NCBI GenBank assembly: GCA_039975855.1
Contig: JBDWGH010000001.1
Coordinates: 31 to 64,030, forward strand
Reading direction: 5' to 3'
Length of the DNA stretch: 64,000 nucleotides
Origin: Litorimonas sp.
GTDB taxonomy: Bacteria; Pseudomonadota; Alphaproteobacteria; Caulobacterales; Maricaulaceae
The notes beneath the pieces are model-generated. The model saw only the letters and a list, made by a program, of their open reading frames with translations, was not told where the DNA came from and did not search any database. Shown here piece after piece: positions 49,292-58,699 of the stretch. The translations under genes were made by a program, and so were the position numbers. Positions within the stretch are counted from its first letter, which is position 1. The number at the start of each line of letters is the position of its first letter.

Positions 49292-50251
49292 ATGGTATCC
49301 AATTCTGATTTCAAAAAATATATTTCCAATGAAGGCCGATCTATCGGCATGGCCAAAACGGGGGACCCCCTTCTGGGGCCGTTCAGCCAACTCCCCGGGG
49401 AGTGGTCAAATGGGGAAGATCTCAAAGGGCGAGGCTGGAATATGATCGCCCTTCCATTCGTCAAAGATGGCAGTCGATTGAATTATCGAGTACTCGTCAA
49501 CCAATATAACGAAACGCTAAATTTTACGACTGTCGATACGGGCGTTCCAAATCGCGGAATTAAAACGGCTCCGTTGCAGAACAAAGACCAATTGATTGTC
49601 ACTCTGGATTACAAGCAAATTGTAACTCAAATGGCGGCGGATGACTTCCCAGAGAGCGGCCGATTACCTCCAACTCCGGTAGCCGGGATACATCATGAAC
49701 CGGGTTTGTTTTTGCATATGCGTAACTTCCCAGCGAACGGTCTTAATATTGCTCGATTGGGAACAGTTCCCCATGGCGACTCACTCCTAGCTTTAGGAAA
49801 ATACTCTGAAGCCAAACGAAACTCAGGCGGGCCCAAAATTCCCGATGTAAGTGCATTACCGATTGGCGGGCCGAGTAAGGATTTAGAGCATCCCTATTTG
49901 GCGCCTTATAAACACTATCACGACAATCCTTTTAAGGGGATTTTTGATGTGACGAACCCATCCGATTTGTTGCGCAAAGCAACGCCGGCGAGTGTGAAAC
50001 ATACAACAACGCTGCATTTTTCGACCAATAGTCTAACGGGAGGAATTGTGAATATTCCTTTCATTGTTAAACATGCGAATGCCTCTGAAATGGAATTCAC
50101 AATGTGGATATTGGAAACCGAAGATGATGTTTTCATTCAATATATGCAGGTTGTTATGCTCGATTTTTTCGAGCGATCTGACAATACGCCTGGGCAAATC
50201 CAATGGCCGCACATCAGTTTCAACACGATAAAGCGTCAAAAAAAGCAATAA
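49292..50251 (+). CDS. Hypothetical protein (319 aa), possible nitrobindin/lipocalin-like beta-barrel
   Basis: GAGGAGG SD before the ATG at 49292. The N-terminal LPGEWSNGEDLKGRGWNMIALPF resembles the GxWxGxG start of DUF1794/nitrobindin-type barrels. That resemblance is weak. Confidence 0.55.
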   Translation: MVSNSDFKKYISNEGRSIGMAKTGDPLLGPFSQLPGEWSNGEDLKGRGWNMIALPFVKDGSRLNYRVLVNQYNETLNFTTVDTGVPNRGIKTAPLQNKDQLIVTLDYKQIVTQMAADDFPESGRLPPTPVAGIHHEPGLFLHMRNFPANGLNIARLGTVPHGDSLLALGKYSEAKRNSGGPKIPDVSALPIGGPSKDLEHPYLAPYKHYHDNPFKGIFDVTNPSDLLRKATPASVKHTTTLHFSTNSLTGGIVNIPFIVKHANASEMEFTMWILETEDDVFIQYMQVVMLDFFERSDNTPGQIQWPHISFNTIKRQKKQ

Positions 50252-50259
50252 TTGCGTTT

Positions 50260-51786
50260 TTAGTTTAGCCGATCATAGGTCAGATAACTGGAACGCGCAT
50301 GAGGCTTCATATCCGGGAAATCCTCGCGAAAATGTCCGCCGCGGGATTCTTCGCGGGCGAGTGCGGCGGCGGCGATAATACGGCTGGCGACGAGCGGGTT
50401 GGCCCGACCAACCTGATTAATGAGACCGTCGATCAATGTGATCAATTCGTTTAATTTTTTTGCATCACGCCGCACACCGCACTTCGCAGTCATAGCATTG
50501 CGGAGTGTCTGGCTGACGCCTTTGCCCATGGATAACCAAGGTTGGATGCGGATGGTACCGGCTCGGCGTTCAGTCCAGTCACGACCGTTAATATAGGTAG
50601 CCGCACGGCCACCGAAGACAACGGCTTCCAATAGAGAGTTTGAGGCGAGTCGATTTGCCCCATGAACGCCCGTTGCGCTGCATTCGCCAATCGCCAAAAG
50701 ACTGTCGAGCGACGTTTGGCCAAAGCTATCCGTCGCTAATCCGCCCATATGGTAATGAACGGCAGGGGCAACGGGTATGAGAGCGGTCCGTGGGTCAATG
50801 CCAGCGCTCATGCAGCTTTCAAAAACGGTCGGAAATTCGTCGTCAAAATGACTGCCAATCGCCGTGCGGCAATCCAGGTAAGGCTGACGCCCAGCTTCAA
50901 TTTCAGCAAAAATTGCGCGCGCGACATCATCTCGAGGGGCCAGTTCGCCTTGCTCATGGTAATTTGGCATAAATCGCTGGCCGTTTTTATTTGTTAGAAC
51001 TGCGCCTTCGCCGCGCAGAGCTTCTGTAGCGAGTGGGGCAGGATCACGGCCAATATCAATGGCAGTTGGATGAAATTGGACGAACTCCATATCGCGAAGT
51101 TTTGCGCCGACAACGGCGGCCATACCCAGAGCATCTCCGCGCGCTGTGCGAGGGTTTGTTGTAACGGCGAATAATCCGCCGACACCGCCTGTCGCCATAA
51201 CTGTGATGTCAGCTTCAATGCCTAACATCGACCCGTCATCATTTCGCGCTAATGCGCCTGCGATTGCGCCGTTTCCATCTTGCAATAGGCTCTCCGCTCG
51301 CCATCCGATCAGGCCCGTAATATGGTCTGCGGCTTGTGCATGTTGGACCATGATTTTGATAATTTCTGCGCCTGCGGTGTCACCTTTTACACGGGCGACA
51401 CGCGGCATGGAATGGGCTGCTTCGAGCGACAGGTAAAGTTTGCCATTATTATTGCGATCAAAGGGAACACCAAGCGCAGCCAGATCATGTACTCGATCCG
51501 GGCCTTCGGTTGCGAGGATGCGCGCAATTTCTGGGTCGACGAGCCCGTCACCTGCGGCAATCGTATCTTTGGCGTGGCTTTCCGCAGAATCGTCGGCGGA
51601 CAAAGCAGCGGCAATTCCGCCTTGTGCCCAGGCACTGGCCGCGCCCACGGAGGACCGCCGTGATGTGAGAATATACACCTGCCGAGGTGCGAGTTTAAGC
51701 GCGAGATAAAGCCCGGCTAATCCAGCGCCAACAACAAGGACGGCGCCAGGCGGCAGGCGTTTTGTATCGAGGTTTCCTAGAGGCAT
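50260..51786 (-). CDS. nadB: L-aspartate oxidase
   Basis: VVGAGLAGLYLALKL FAD fold, HYHMGGL, and the flavoprotein/succinate-dehydrogenase-like layout. 508 aa. Confidence 0.93.
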   Translation of the reverse strand: MPLGNLDTKRLPPGAVLVVGAGLAGLYLALKLAPRQVYILTSRRSSVGAASAWAQGGIAAALSADDSAESHAKDTIAAGDGLVDPEIARILATEGPDRVHDLAALGVPFDRNNNGKLYLSLEAAHSMPRVARVKGDTAGAEIIKIMVQHAQAADHITGLIGWRAESLLQDGNGAIAGALARNDDGSMLGIEADITVMATGGVGGLFAVTTNPRTARGDALGMAAVVGAKLRDMEFVQFHPTAIDIGRDPAPLATEALRGEGAVLTNKNGQRFMPNYHEQGELAPRDDVARAIFAEIEAGRQPYLDCRTAIGSHFDDEFPTVFESCMSAGIDPRTALIPVAPAVHYHMGGLATDSFGQTSLDSLLAIGECSATGVHGANRLASNSLLEAVVFGGRAATYINGRDWTERRAGTIRIQPWLSMGKGVSQTLRNAMTAKCGVRRDAKKLNELITLIDGLINQVGRANPLVASRIIAAAALAREESRGGHFREDFPDMKPHARSSYLTYDRLN

Positions 51787-51896
51787 GACTGCCCTTTAAC
51801 GGGTCCAACTGCTGCAGGAAAGCTAAACAACGCGCATGGTGGGTATTAAAAAACCCGGCGCGGAATCACGCCGGGTAAAATGTCAAAAATTGGGGG

Positions 51897-52298
51897 TTAA
51901 AGGAACTTTTTGGCCAAACCACCTAGTCCACCCAAACCACCAACGGAGTCTAGTAGAGAGCCGCCGCTGCTTGCTTTATCAACTAGTTGCGGGAGAGCAG
52001 ATTGAAGGCCTCCCAATAAAGAGCCTTCGTCAGTGCCAAGTTCTGCTGCAGCTTGGGAAATTTGTTCGGCGCCAAGGGCGTCCTTGAGCTGGTCTGTTGA
52101 AATGTCTTTATTGGCGCCATCGCCCAACCAAGATGATGCGAGGTCGCCCAGGCCTTTTTCTTGCAAATTCCCGACGAGACCGGCCACGTCCATTTTGTCA
52201 CCATTACCAATCAGTTTGTCCATGATGCCGCCGACTACAGCGTTACTCACGCCTAATTTTTCGGCTAGCATGCCTGAAGCGATGTTCTTGATATCCAT
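51897..52298 (-). CDS. YidB/DUF937-family protein
   Basis: 133 aa and Gly-rich. ...GLGDLASSWLGDGANKDISTDQLKDALG...LGGLQSALPQLVDK is the DUF937 pattern. Confidence 0.7.
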   Translation of the reverse strand: MDIKNIASGMLAEKLGVSNAVVGGIMDKLIGNGDKMDVAGLVGNLQEKGLGDLASSWLGDGANKDISTDQLKDALGAEQISQAAAELGTDEGSLLGGLQSALPQLVDKASSGGSLLDSVGGLGGLGGLAKKFL

Positions 52299-52404
52299 TT
52301 TGATAGTCTTTCTTTTGGTGAGGGTAAGGCCCTCGACAGGACCACAATTTGGCCCATGAAATGATTACCAAATCAAAGCCAAATGTAACCTGAATAGAAT
52401 GGGG

Positions 52405-53577
52405 TTAGATCACCTGCACGTCTTTTTCCGGTAGGTTCGGGTCGAAGTGCCCCTTTACTGGGTCAAACTTCACATTGATCATATCCATGACGGCTTTGTG
52501 CGCTTTTTGGCGCATATCTTCTGGGACTAAAACCTCATTAGATTCATCGCGTAGGCAGTCATAGACGCCTTCTAGTGTAATGCGTTTCATATGCGGGCAA
52601 AGATTACATGGCCGGACAAAATCGGTTTCCGGATTGGCCATGGCCACATTGTCGGACATTGAGCATTCAGTCAGCAGAATAACATTCGTCGGTTTATTGT
52701 CTGAAACATAATCGCTCATCGCTTTTGTGGAGCCGGTAAAGTCGGATTCGGCGACGACTTCAGGCGGGCACTCTGGATGCGCCAGGACCGTCACGCCGGG
52801 ATGCGCTTCACGCATATCTTTGATATCTTGAGCGGAGAAACGTGCGTGCACTTCGCAGCGACCATGCCAGGCAATGACCTCGATGTTGGTTTGCTTGGCG
52901 ACATTCTTGGCGAGGAATTCATCTGGCAACATAATGACCTGATTGACGCCCCATTCCGCGCAAATATGCTCGACGATTGCAACAGCATTTGACGATGTAC
53001 AGCAAATATCGCTTTCGGCTTTTACGTCAGCGGATGTGTTCACATAGGTCACCACGGGAATACCGGGATAACGCTGTTTGATGAGCTTGATATCGTCACC
53101 CGTTATGCTTGATGCGAGGGAGCATCCAGCGCGCATGGATGGGATGAACACCCGCTTCTCCGGGCATAGAATTTTCGACGTTTCCGCCATGAAATGAACG
53201 CCGCCCTGTATGATCATTTCAGCGTCTGTTTTCGTCGCTTCAATCGCGAGACCCAGAGAGTCGCCTTTGTAATCCCCAATGAGGGCAAAGATGTCTGGCG
53301 TCATATAATTATGCGCGAGAATAACAGCGTTCTTTTCCTTTTTCAGCGTGTTGATGGCGTGGACGAGCGGGGCGTAAGCGGGCCATTCGAATTCAGGAAT
53401 GAAATCGGAAACTTGTTCGTAAAGATGATCCGTCGCGGCTTTAACCTCATCGGTGTATTCAAGACCTTCGGGCAGCCCGTCCAAATCATTTCCAGGTGTT
53501 GCGCAGACACCATTGGGAACTTCTAAAGTCTGGCCAATCCAACGGCCATTTTCCCAATTTACAAGTTCCTTGCCCAA
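52405..53577 (-). CDS. nadA: Quinolinate synthase
   Basis: AVILAHNYM, GGVHFMAETSKIL and conserved Cys residues for the 4Fe-4S cluster. TTG start with a GGAGA SD. Confidence 0.9.
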   Translation of the reverse strand: MGKELVNWENGRWIGQTLEVPNGVCATPGNDLDGLPEGLEYTDEVKAATDHLYEQVSDFIPEFEWPAYAPLVHAINTLKKEKNAVILAHNYMTPDIFALIGDYKGDSLGLAIEATKTDAEMIIQGGVHFMAETSKILCPEKRVFIPSMRAGCSLASSITGDDIKLIKQRYPGIPVVTYVNTSADVKAESDICCTSSNAVAIVEHICAEWGVNQVIMLPDEFLAKNVAKQTNIEVIAWHGRCEVHARFSAQDIKDMREAHPGVTVLAHPECPPEVVAESDFTGSTKAMSDYVSDNKPTNVILLTECSMSDNVAMANPETDFVRPCNLCPHMKRITLEGVYDCLRDESNEVLVPEDMRQKAHKAVMDMINVKFDPVKGHFDPNLPEKDVQVI

Positions 53578-53646
53578 GGTCAGTCTCCAAAGCGGTTTGT
53601 TATGAGCGCTATATAGGAAGCCGGTTGGGGTAGGGCCAGTGGAAAG

Positions 53647-53946
53647 CTAGAATAATAAGTAAGCAATCGAAAGAGCCACGAGACTTGTTAAGCTTGTTAC
53701 TAAGCTGAAAATCGCAGCTTTTGATCGATAGGGACGTGTTTCGAAAAAGCCTAAAATACCAAGGAAAAATCCTGCAATAGAGAAGAACAGACCTGTCCCG
53801 ATAAACAACGTGATTGTTTGAGCAATGGTCCCGCTGGCGTGAGGGTCCGAGAGCCAGAGATCAACATATATCCATAGACTTAGAGCAATCGACAATACGG
53901 CAAGAATAGCCGCAATCGAGCCAATAATGCCAAATCTACTTTTCAA
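53647..53946 (-). CDS. Small hypothetical membrane protein (99 aa, 3 predicted TM)
   Basis: Almost entirely hydrophobic helices. It lies 6 nt downstream of the KAS III-like gene on the same strand. Confidence 0.5.
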   Translation of the reverse strand: MKSRFGIIGSIAAILAVLSIALSLWIYVDLWLSDPHASGTIAQTITLFIGTGLFFSIAGFFLGILGFFETRPYRSKAAIFSLVTSLTSLVALSIAYLLF

Positions 53947-53952
53947 TGATGA

Positions 53953-55098
53953 CTACGCAACCCGCCTTACAAATATCGCTCCCGCTGAGTAACCCGCACC
54001 AAAGGAGCAAATCAGCCCCGTTTCGCCATCTTTGAAATCCGCGCTATGTTTGTGGAAGGCAATGATGGAGCCAGCTGAGGATGTATTGGCATATTCATCC
54101 AACACGACAGGGGCTTGTTCAATTTCAACATCCTTACCGAGGACCTTTTTGGCAATCAGGACATTCATGTTCAAATTGGCCTGATGCAGCCACATGCGCT
54201 TGAGGTTGTTCGGATCAATATCGTGTGTTTCACATTCGTCATTGATGAGTTTGGCCACCATTGGGACAACTTCTTTGAACACGCTGCGACCATTTTGGAC
54301 GAAGAGCTTATCGGTTAAACCCATTTTCCCGCGCGTGCCGTGCAAGCCGTCATCTTCGGGCGCGGTGTGATTGAGGAAGCCGAAATTATTGCGAATATTG
54401 TTGGAAAATTGCGTGATGAGTTTCGCACCGATGATTTCCCAATGGGCTTTCGGTGCGACGGAAATATCCTCGACGAGGAGCGCTGTTGCAACATCCCCGA
54501 AAATGAAATGCGCATCGCGGTCTTTCAGGTTCAAATGCGCGGTGCAAATTTCAGGGTTTACAACGAGAACGGATTTCGCTTGCCCGCCCGCGATAAGTCC
54601 GCGCGCGGTTTCAATACCAAATGTTGCGCTAGAACAGGCGACGTTCATATCAAATGCAAAGCCAGAGGTGCCGAGAAGGGACTGAACTTCGACGGCTATG
54701 GCAGGATATCCACGCTGGAGGTTTGAACAGGCCACGATAACTGCGCCGACATCTTCTGGTTTGCGGCCAGCGGTTTCGAGCGCTTGTTTTGCCGCCGCTA
54801 CAGCCATTTCGGCGAGAATGGACGGCTCATCATTTGGCCGCGCGGGGATGCGCGGCGCCATGATGTTTGGATCTAACATTGGCTCTTTGGAGATCACAAA
54901 GCGGGATTTTATGCCTGAGGCTTTCTCGATAAAGGCGGCATTGGAATAGGTCAGGGCCTCTTTCTCGCCGCTTTCAATTTCAGCCGCGTTTTCGGTGTTC
55001 CATTTATCAACATAGGCATTGAAGCCTTCCACCAATTCTTCATTGGATACAGAGTCAGTCGGTGTCCAAAGACCCGTCGCAGAAATAACAGCCGTCAC
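53953..55098 (-). CDS. Beta-ketoacyl-ACP synthase III-family condensing enzyme (long form, 381 aa)
   Basis: Active-site contexts NVACSSATFG (Cys), LHQANLNM (His) and FGAGYSAG. It is longer than canonical FabH. Confidence 0.8.
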   Translation of the reverse strand: MTAVISATGLWTPTDSVSNEELVEGFNAYVDKWNTENAAEIESGEKEALTYSNAAFIEKASGIKSRFVISKEPMLDPNIMAPRIPARPNDEPSILAEMAVAAAKQALETAGRKPEDVGAVIVACSNLQRGYPAIAVEVQSLLGTSGFAFDMNVACSSATFGIETARGLIAGGQAKSVLVVNPEICTAHLNLKDRDAHFIFGDVATALLVEDISVAPKAHWEIIGAKLITQFSNNIRNNFGFLNHTAPEDDGLHGTRGKMGLTDKLFVQNGRSVFKEVVPMVAKLINDECETHDIDPNNLKRMWLHQANLNMNVLIAKKVLGKDVEIEQAPVVLDEYANTSSAGSIIAFHKHSADFKDGETGLICSFGAGYSAGAIFVRRVA

Positions 55099-55314
55099 GT
55101 CACATCCTCTTCACGCAAATACATTCGGTCCGCTATGCCCGCGCGGGCGAGTGGTCTCAAGGTTAGATTTGCACCCGTCGCCGTCCAAATTCGCTGCGCC
55201 GACCGGGCGTGCCAGCTGTGATTAGGGCGCGCTTAACCCTGTTTCAGAGGTCGAAATTAACCAGGTTCTGCCATTTTACCCACGATTAATGCGTTTAATT
55301 TGTGGGTTTTTGGC

Positions 55315-56526
55315 ATGTTGAAATTTACGGCACGGGACCGTTTGCGGCTTTTAGGTGGCGGCGGGGCTTCTCTTCTTTTGGCGGGATGCGGCGGGAGCAC
55401 GGCGACGCCCAACCTCTCGGCGGAAACGCCTCAAACGCCTGTGACTCCAACGCCTCCGCCCACCGGTAACACCGGCGGAGTGCCGGACGGCATGCTGCGA
55501 GACCGTTTCGCGAGCAGTTTCAAAACCGGAGCCGTCTTGTCGCGGAATCAGGTCGACCAGATGGACATCAATACGACTTTGGCGCTCTCGCAATTCAACA
55601 GCCTGACCCCGTCTTATGAGCTGAAACCGGATACGATTGCCCCAACCGAAGGCGTGTTTAATTTCGAGGCCGCCGACAGTATTGTCGATTGGGCGATTGC
55701 CAATGGGATGGAGGTCCGTGGTCATGCCTTGGTTTGGCATGAAGCCACGCCGGAATATTTTTACGACGGAACGCCCGCGCAAGTTCGAGCGCGCTTGGAA
55801 AATTACGTTCGAACGGTTGTTGAGCATTTCCGCGGCCGCATCCAAGTTTGGGATGTCGTCAATGAAGTTGTCTCTGTTGATATTTTCAGCGGCGATGCCG
55901 GCGTCGGCCCTGACCGCAGGGGCCGTTGGTACGAGGCAGCCGGCAATGCCGATTATATCGATTGGGCGTTTCGGGCGGCGCGCGATGCCGATCCGAATGC
56001 GCTGCTGTTCTTGAACGAATATTCGACGGAGCATCCGATTAAAGGGCCTTGGATGATGGAGATTTTACAACGCCTCCAAGATCGCGGTGTCCCGATTGAC
56101 GGCGTCGGTCATCAATTTCATTTGTTCCAAGGCAGTGATCCGGCGGAGCTCATGCAAGCGATTGATACCATCGATAATCAATTCATGGGCCTCATCCAAC
56201 ATGTCACCGAAATGGACATGGATTTTTACGATGACCCGGGAAGCTGTTGGAGTTCGCAGACAAATTGCGACCCTGATCTCGGACCTGTGTCACCACCGTC
56301 CATGCTGGCAAGACAAGCGGAAGTTTTCCGCGCGGTTTTTGATGGCCTAAGCTCAAGATCCAGTGTCACATCCGTGACAACATGGGGCGTGACGGATAAT
56401 GAAAGTTGGCTCAATACCTCCCCAACTGAACGTTATAATTTCCCGCTCATGTTTGACCGGGAAGGCGAACCGAAACCCGCATTTTGGGCGGTCGTCGATC
56501 CGGATTACGTTATCCCGACTGAGTAG
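55315..56526 (+). CDS. Glycoside hydrolase family 10 endo-1,4-beta-xylanase, lipoprotein
   Basis: Lipobox LLLAGCGG. GH10 motifs RGHALVWH, WDVVNEV (acid/base Glu) and HVTEMDM (nucleophile Glu). Confidence 0.88.
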   Translation: MLKFTARDRLRLLGGGGASLLLAGCGGSTATPNLSAETPQTPVTPTPPPTGNTGGVPDGMLRDRFASSFKTGAVLSRNQVDQMDINTTLALSQFNSLTPSYELKPDTIAPTEGVFNFEAADSIVDWAIANGMEVRGHALVWHEATPEYFYDGTPAQVRARLENYVRTVVEHFRGRIQVWDVVNEVVSVDIFSGDAGVGPDRRGRWYEAAGNADYIDWAFRAARDADPNALLFLNEYSTEHPIKGPWMMEILQRLQDRGVPIDGVGHQFHLFQGSDPAELMQAIDTIDNQFMGLIQHVTEMDMDFYDDPGSCWSSQTNCDPDLGPVSPPSMLARQAEVFRAVFDGLSSRSSVTSVTTWGVTDNESWLNTSPTERYNFPLMFDREGEPKPAFWAVVDPDYVIPTE

Positions 56527-57103
56527 GAACAAGACAGCCGTATTTGCTCGCAGCCCCGGTTGAAACAATGATTTCAACATAGGTGGCTGCCGTCGTATTT
56601 ACAAAGCAGGACGTGCCCGCAGGAATGTCTTCCCGACGGAATACCGTAAGGGAAAGTAGAGTTTTGTTTTACGCGAAGACGTGTGCATGTGTTTGTCAAA
56701 CAAATGCACCTCCTGCGGCAATGGTTTTTGAAGAAGCGGCCGGTCATAATCCCCACAAGTCATGCCATTAGACAAGGTGGTCGGCTCTCACTCCTAAAGT
56801 CCCGGCACCTCCAGAGTTCTCACACTCCGACGCTCAGACCCATCGTCTCCCAAACCAGTCCCAGCAATTTTCCGAAGGAAAAATGCAAGGCGTTTCTGTG
56901 TTGTTACCAACATAGAAACGAGGTGAGCTCCTACCTGTCCCGAGTTTGAAAGAACTTGATGGTTTTAACATGGGTCCGGGGAGTCGCGGATTATGTTTTT
57001 TTGAAGCGTGGATGCATCTTCAAAAACAGTCCATAAAACCGAAGAAACGAAACTGAAAATATGGGGACAGAGAAAATCTGAAACGGGGATTGCAGCTTTA
57101 GAA

Positions 57104-57706
57104 TTAGTGAAACGTTCCCTTTATCGTTAGCAGGTCACCGTTATCGTCATGTTCCACAAACAGGTTTTCTACCTCTGAAATAAGCCATTCATTAAAGCTT
57201 GGCCATTGCTGCGAAAAATCATCAGGAGCTAAAGGGTCGTAGCTGATAATCGACCCATCATCTAAGCAGCAAACGATGTAGACGTTTAATGCATCATCTC
57301 TACCAATCACCAATGCGTTATTTGGAAGTAACTTTTTAAGCCATGATTGGTTGTTTTTTTCGACGATATTGCTGGGGAAGCGCCATGGTTTAGAGTTATA
57401 CTCTGGAAGATATTCTTTTTTGGCTACTCCAAAAACATCAAACCCAGCAGGGTTGAAAAAGCAGGCGCCGTTGAACAATTCGAGGAAATCCCGATATTGT
57501 TTTGGGAAACTAATTCCGAGCGCTTGTTCGGCGGCTACAACCTCTTCGATGTCTCCTGATTGGTAGAGTATATGGAGATAGGCCAAAGGGGTGTTTTTAT
57601 CGTAATGGCCGATAAATTGACTTTGATATTCGTCAGTTTTTTCGCCGAGGTGTGACCATCTTTTCAGCCGTTTCATAACTTTTTTGTTAAACGTGTTTAA
57701 ATCCAT
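57104..57706 (-). CDS. SMI1/KNR4 (SUKH-1) family protein
   Basis: ...LGISFPKQYRDFLELFNGACFF... is the hallmark SUKH-1 core. AT-rich gene. The ATG at 57706 avoids overlap with tag. Confidence 0.7.
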   Translation of the reverse strand: MDLNTFNKKVMKRLKRWSHLGEKTDEYQSQFIGHYDKNTPLAYLHILYQSGDIEEVVAAEQALGISFPKQYRDFLELFNGACFFNPAGFDVFGVAKKEYLPEYNSKPWRFPSNIVEKNNQSWLKKLLPNNALVIGRDDALNVYIVCCLDDGSIISYDPLAPDDFSQQWPSFNEWLISEVENLFVEHDDNGDLLTIKGTFH

Positions 57707-57710
57707 GTTT

Positions 57711-58334
57711 TTAAAGCGCTCTATTGTTCCTGCAGTCCCCATAAACGTGACAATCAGTGCTGTGGTCGTTGATCATCCCGACGGCCTGCATGAAGGCATA
57801 GATGATGACAGGGCCGACGAATTTGAATCCGCGTTTCTTCAGGTCTTTCGACATGGCTTCTGATTCCGGAGACTTCACCGGCGCGTCTTTGAATTTTTTC
57901 CATTTATTCTGAATGGGTGCGCCGCCGACAAAGCCCCAAAGATAGTCAGAGAAGTCGATGCCTTCTTCGCGCATTTTCAAATAGATTTGCGCATTTGTGA
58001 TCGTCGCGTTCACCTTCAACTTTGAACGGATTATGCCAGGATTGTCGAGCAAACGCAGACGGTCCGCATCCGTATAATGCGCCACGATATCCGGGTCGAA
58101 GCCATCATAGGCTTTTAGCATATTATCGCGTTTTCGAAGGATAGTGATCCAAGACAGTCCTGCTTGTTGTCCATCCTGAATCAGTTTCGAAAACAGAGCT
58201 TTCGGATCGCGGATGGGGCGGCCCCATTCTGTGTCGTGGTAGTAACAATACAGACGATCATTCGGCGGCACCCATCCACATCGCGGAACATCAGGGTGAT
58301 CATAGTCTTCGGGAACGTGGGTTTGTATGTTCAT
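57711..58334 (-). CDS. tag: DNA-3-methyladenine glycosylase I
   Basis: RCGWVPPNDRLYCYYHDTEWGRPIRDPKALFSKLIQDGQQAGLSWITILRKR matches Tag, including the Zn-snap residues. Confidence 0.92.
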   Translation of the reverse strand: MNIQTHVPEDYDHPDVPRCGWVPPNDRLYCYYHDTEWGRPIRDPKALFSKLIQDGQQAGLSWITILRKRDNMLKAYDGFDPDIVAHYTDADRLRLLDNPGIIRSKLKVNATITNAQIYLKMREEGIDFSDYLWGFVGGAPIQNKWKKFKDAPVKSPESEAMSKDLKKRGFKFVGPVIIYAFMQAVGMINDHSTDCHVYGDCRNNRAL

Positions 58335-58699
58335 TGGGTCTTCTCCCGCTCATCCGAGGAGACTTCAATATAATTCGATGTGCCGGTCTTCTTTGATCCG
58401 TTCAGCCATGCCCAATTCATGGCGAGCCTAAGACTTTCGTCCGCGTCACGAGAAATTTCTACCGTTGCTTCTCCAGCTTCCAATTCACCCGTTCTGGCGC
58501 GAGAGTGATAGAGGAGTTTCATTTCCGCTTCGCCGTGCATCTGTCCTATAATGTGGCCGTCAAAGACGTCCGGGCCGTTGTAATGCGCGGTGATGTTTTG
58601 TCCGGATTGAGAGAAACGAAAGAGAGTGTCTCCGTCGACGCGCCCGTCTTCCGAATTTTGCAGCGGTTTGAACATGCGTCCGTTCAAGTTGAACTTCAC
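58331..58699 (-). CDS. Conserved hypothetical protein (122 aa, beta-rich)
   Basis: 4-nt overlaps with both neighbours. I recall similar ~110-aa proteins carrying a probably wrong 'N-acetylglutamate synthase' label in databases. No catalytic motif is seen. Confidence 0.55.
   Translation of the reverse strand: MKFNLNGRMFKPLQNSEDGRVDGDTLFRFSQSGQNITAHYNGPDVFDGHIIGQMHGEAEMKLLYHSRARTGELEAGEATVEISRDADESLRLAMNWAWLNGSKKTGTSNYIEVSSDEREKTQ

Noticed and set aside
55351-56034. 227-aa antisense ORF inside the GH10 gene
   Set aside because: It gives an Arg-rich shadow translation, while the opposite strand carries clear GH10 catalytic motifs. The same reasoning applies to 48621-49193 (antisense to nadC), 39440-39982 (antisense to the Nramp-like gene), 17463-18002 and the many antisense ORFs within rpoB/rpoC.
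56527-57103. tRNA, two-piece tmRNA, SRP RNA or group II intron in the long convergent gap
   Set aside because: There is no T-loop (GGTTCGAATCC-type) or acceptor pairing, no tag-peptide-like reading frame, no SRP domain IV motif and no intron domain V. It is kept only as an unexplained gap in the findings.
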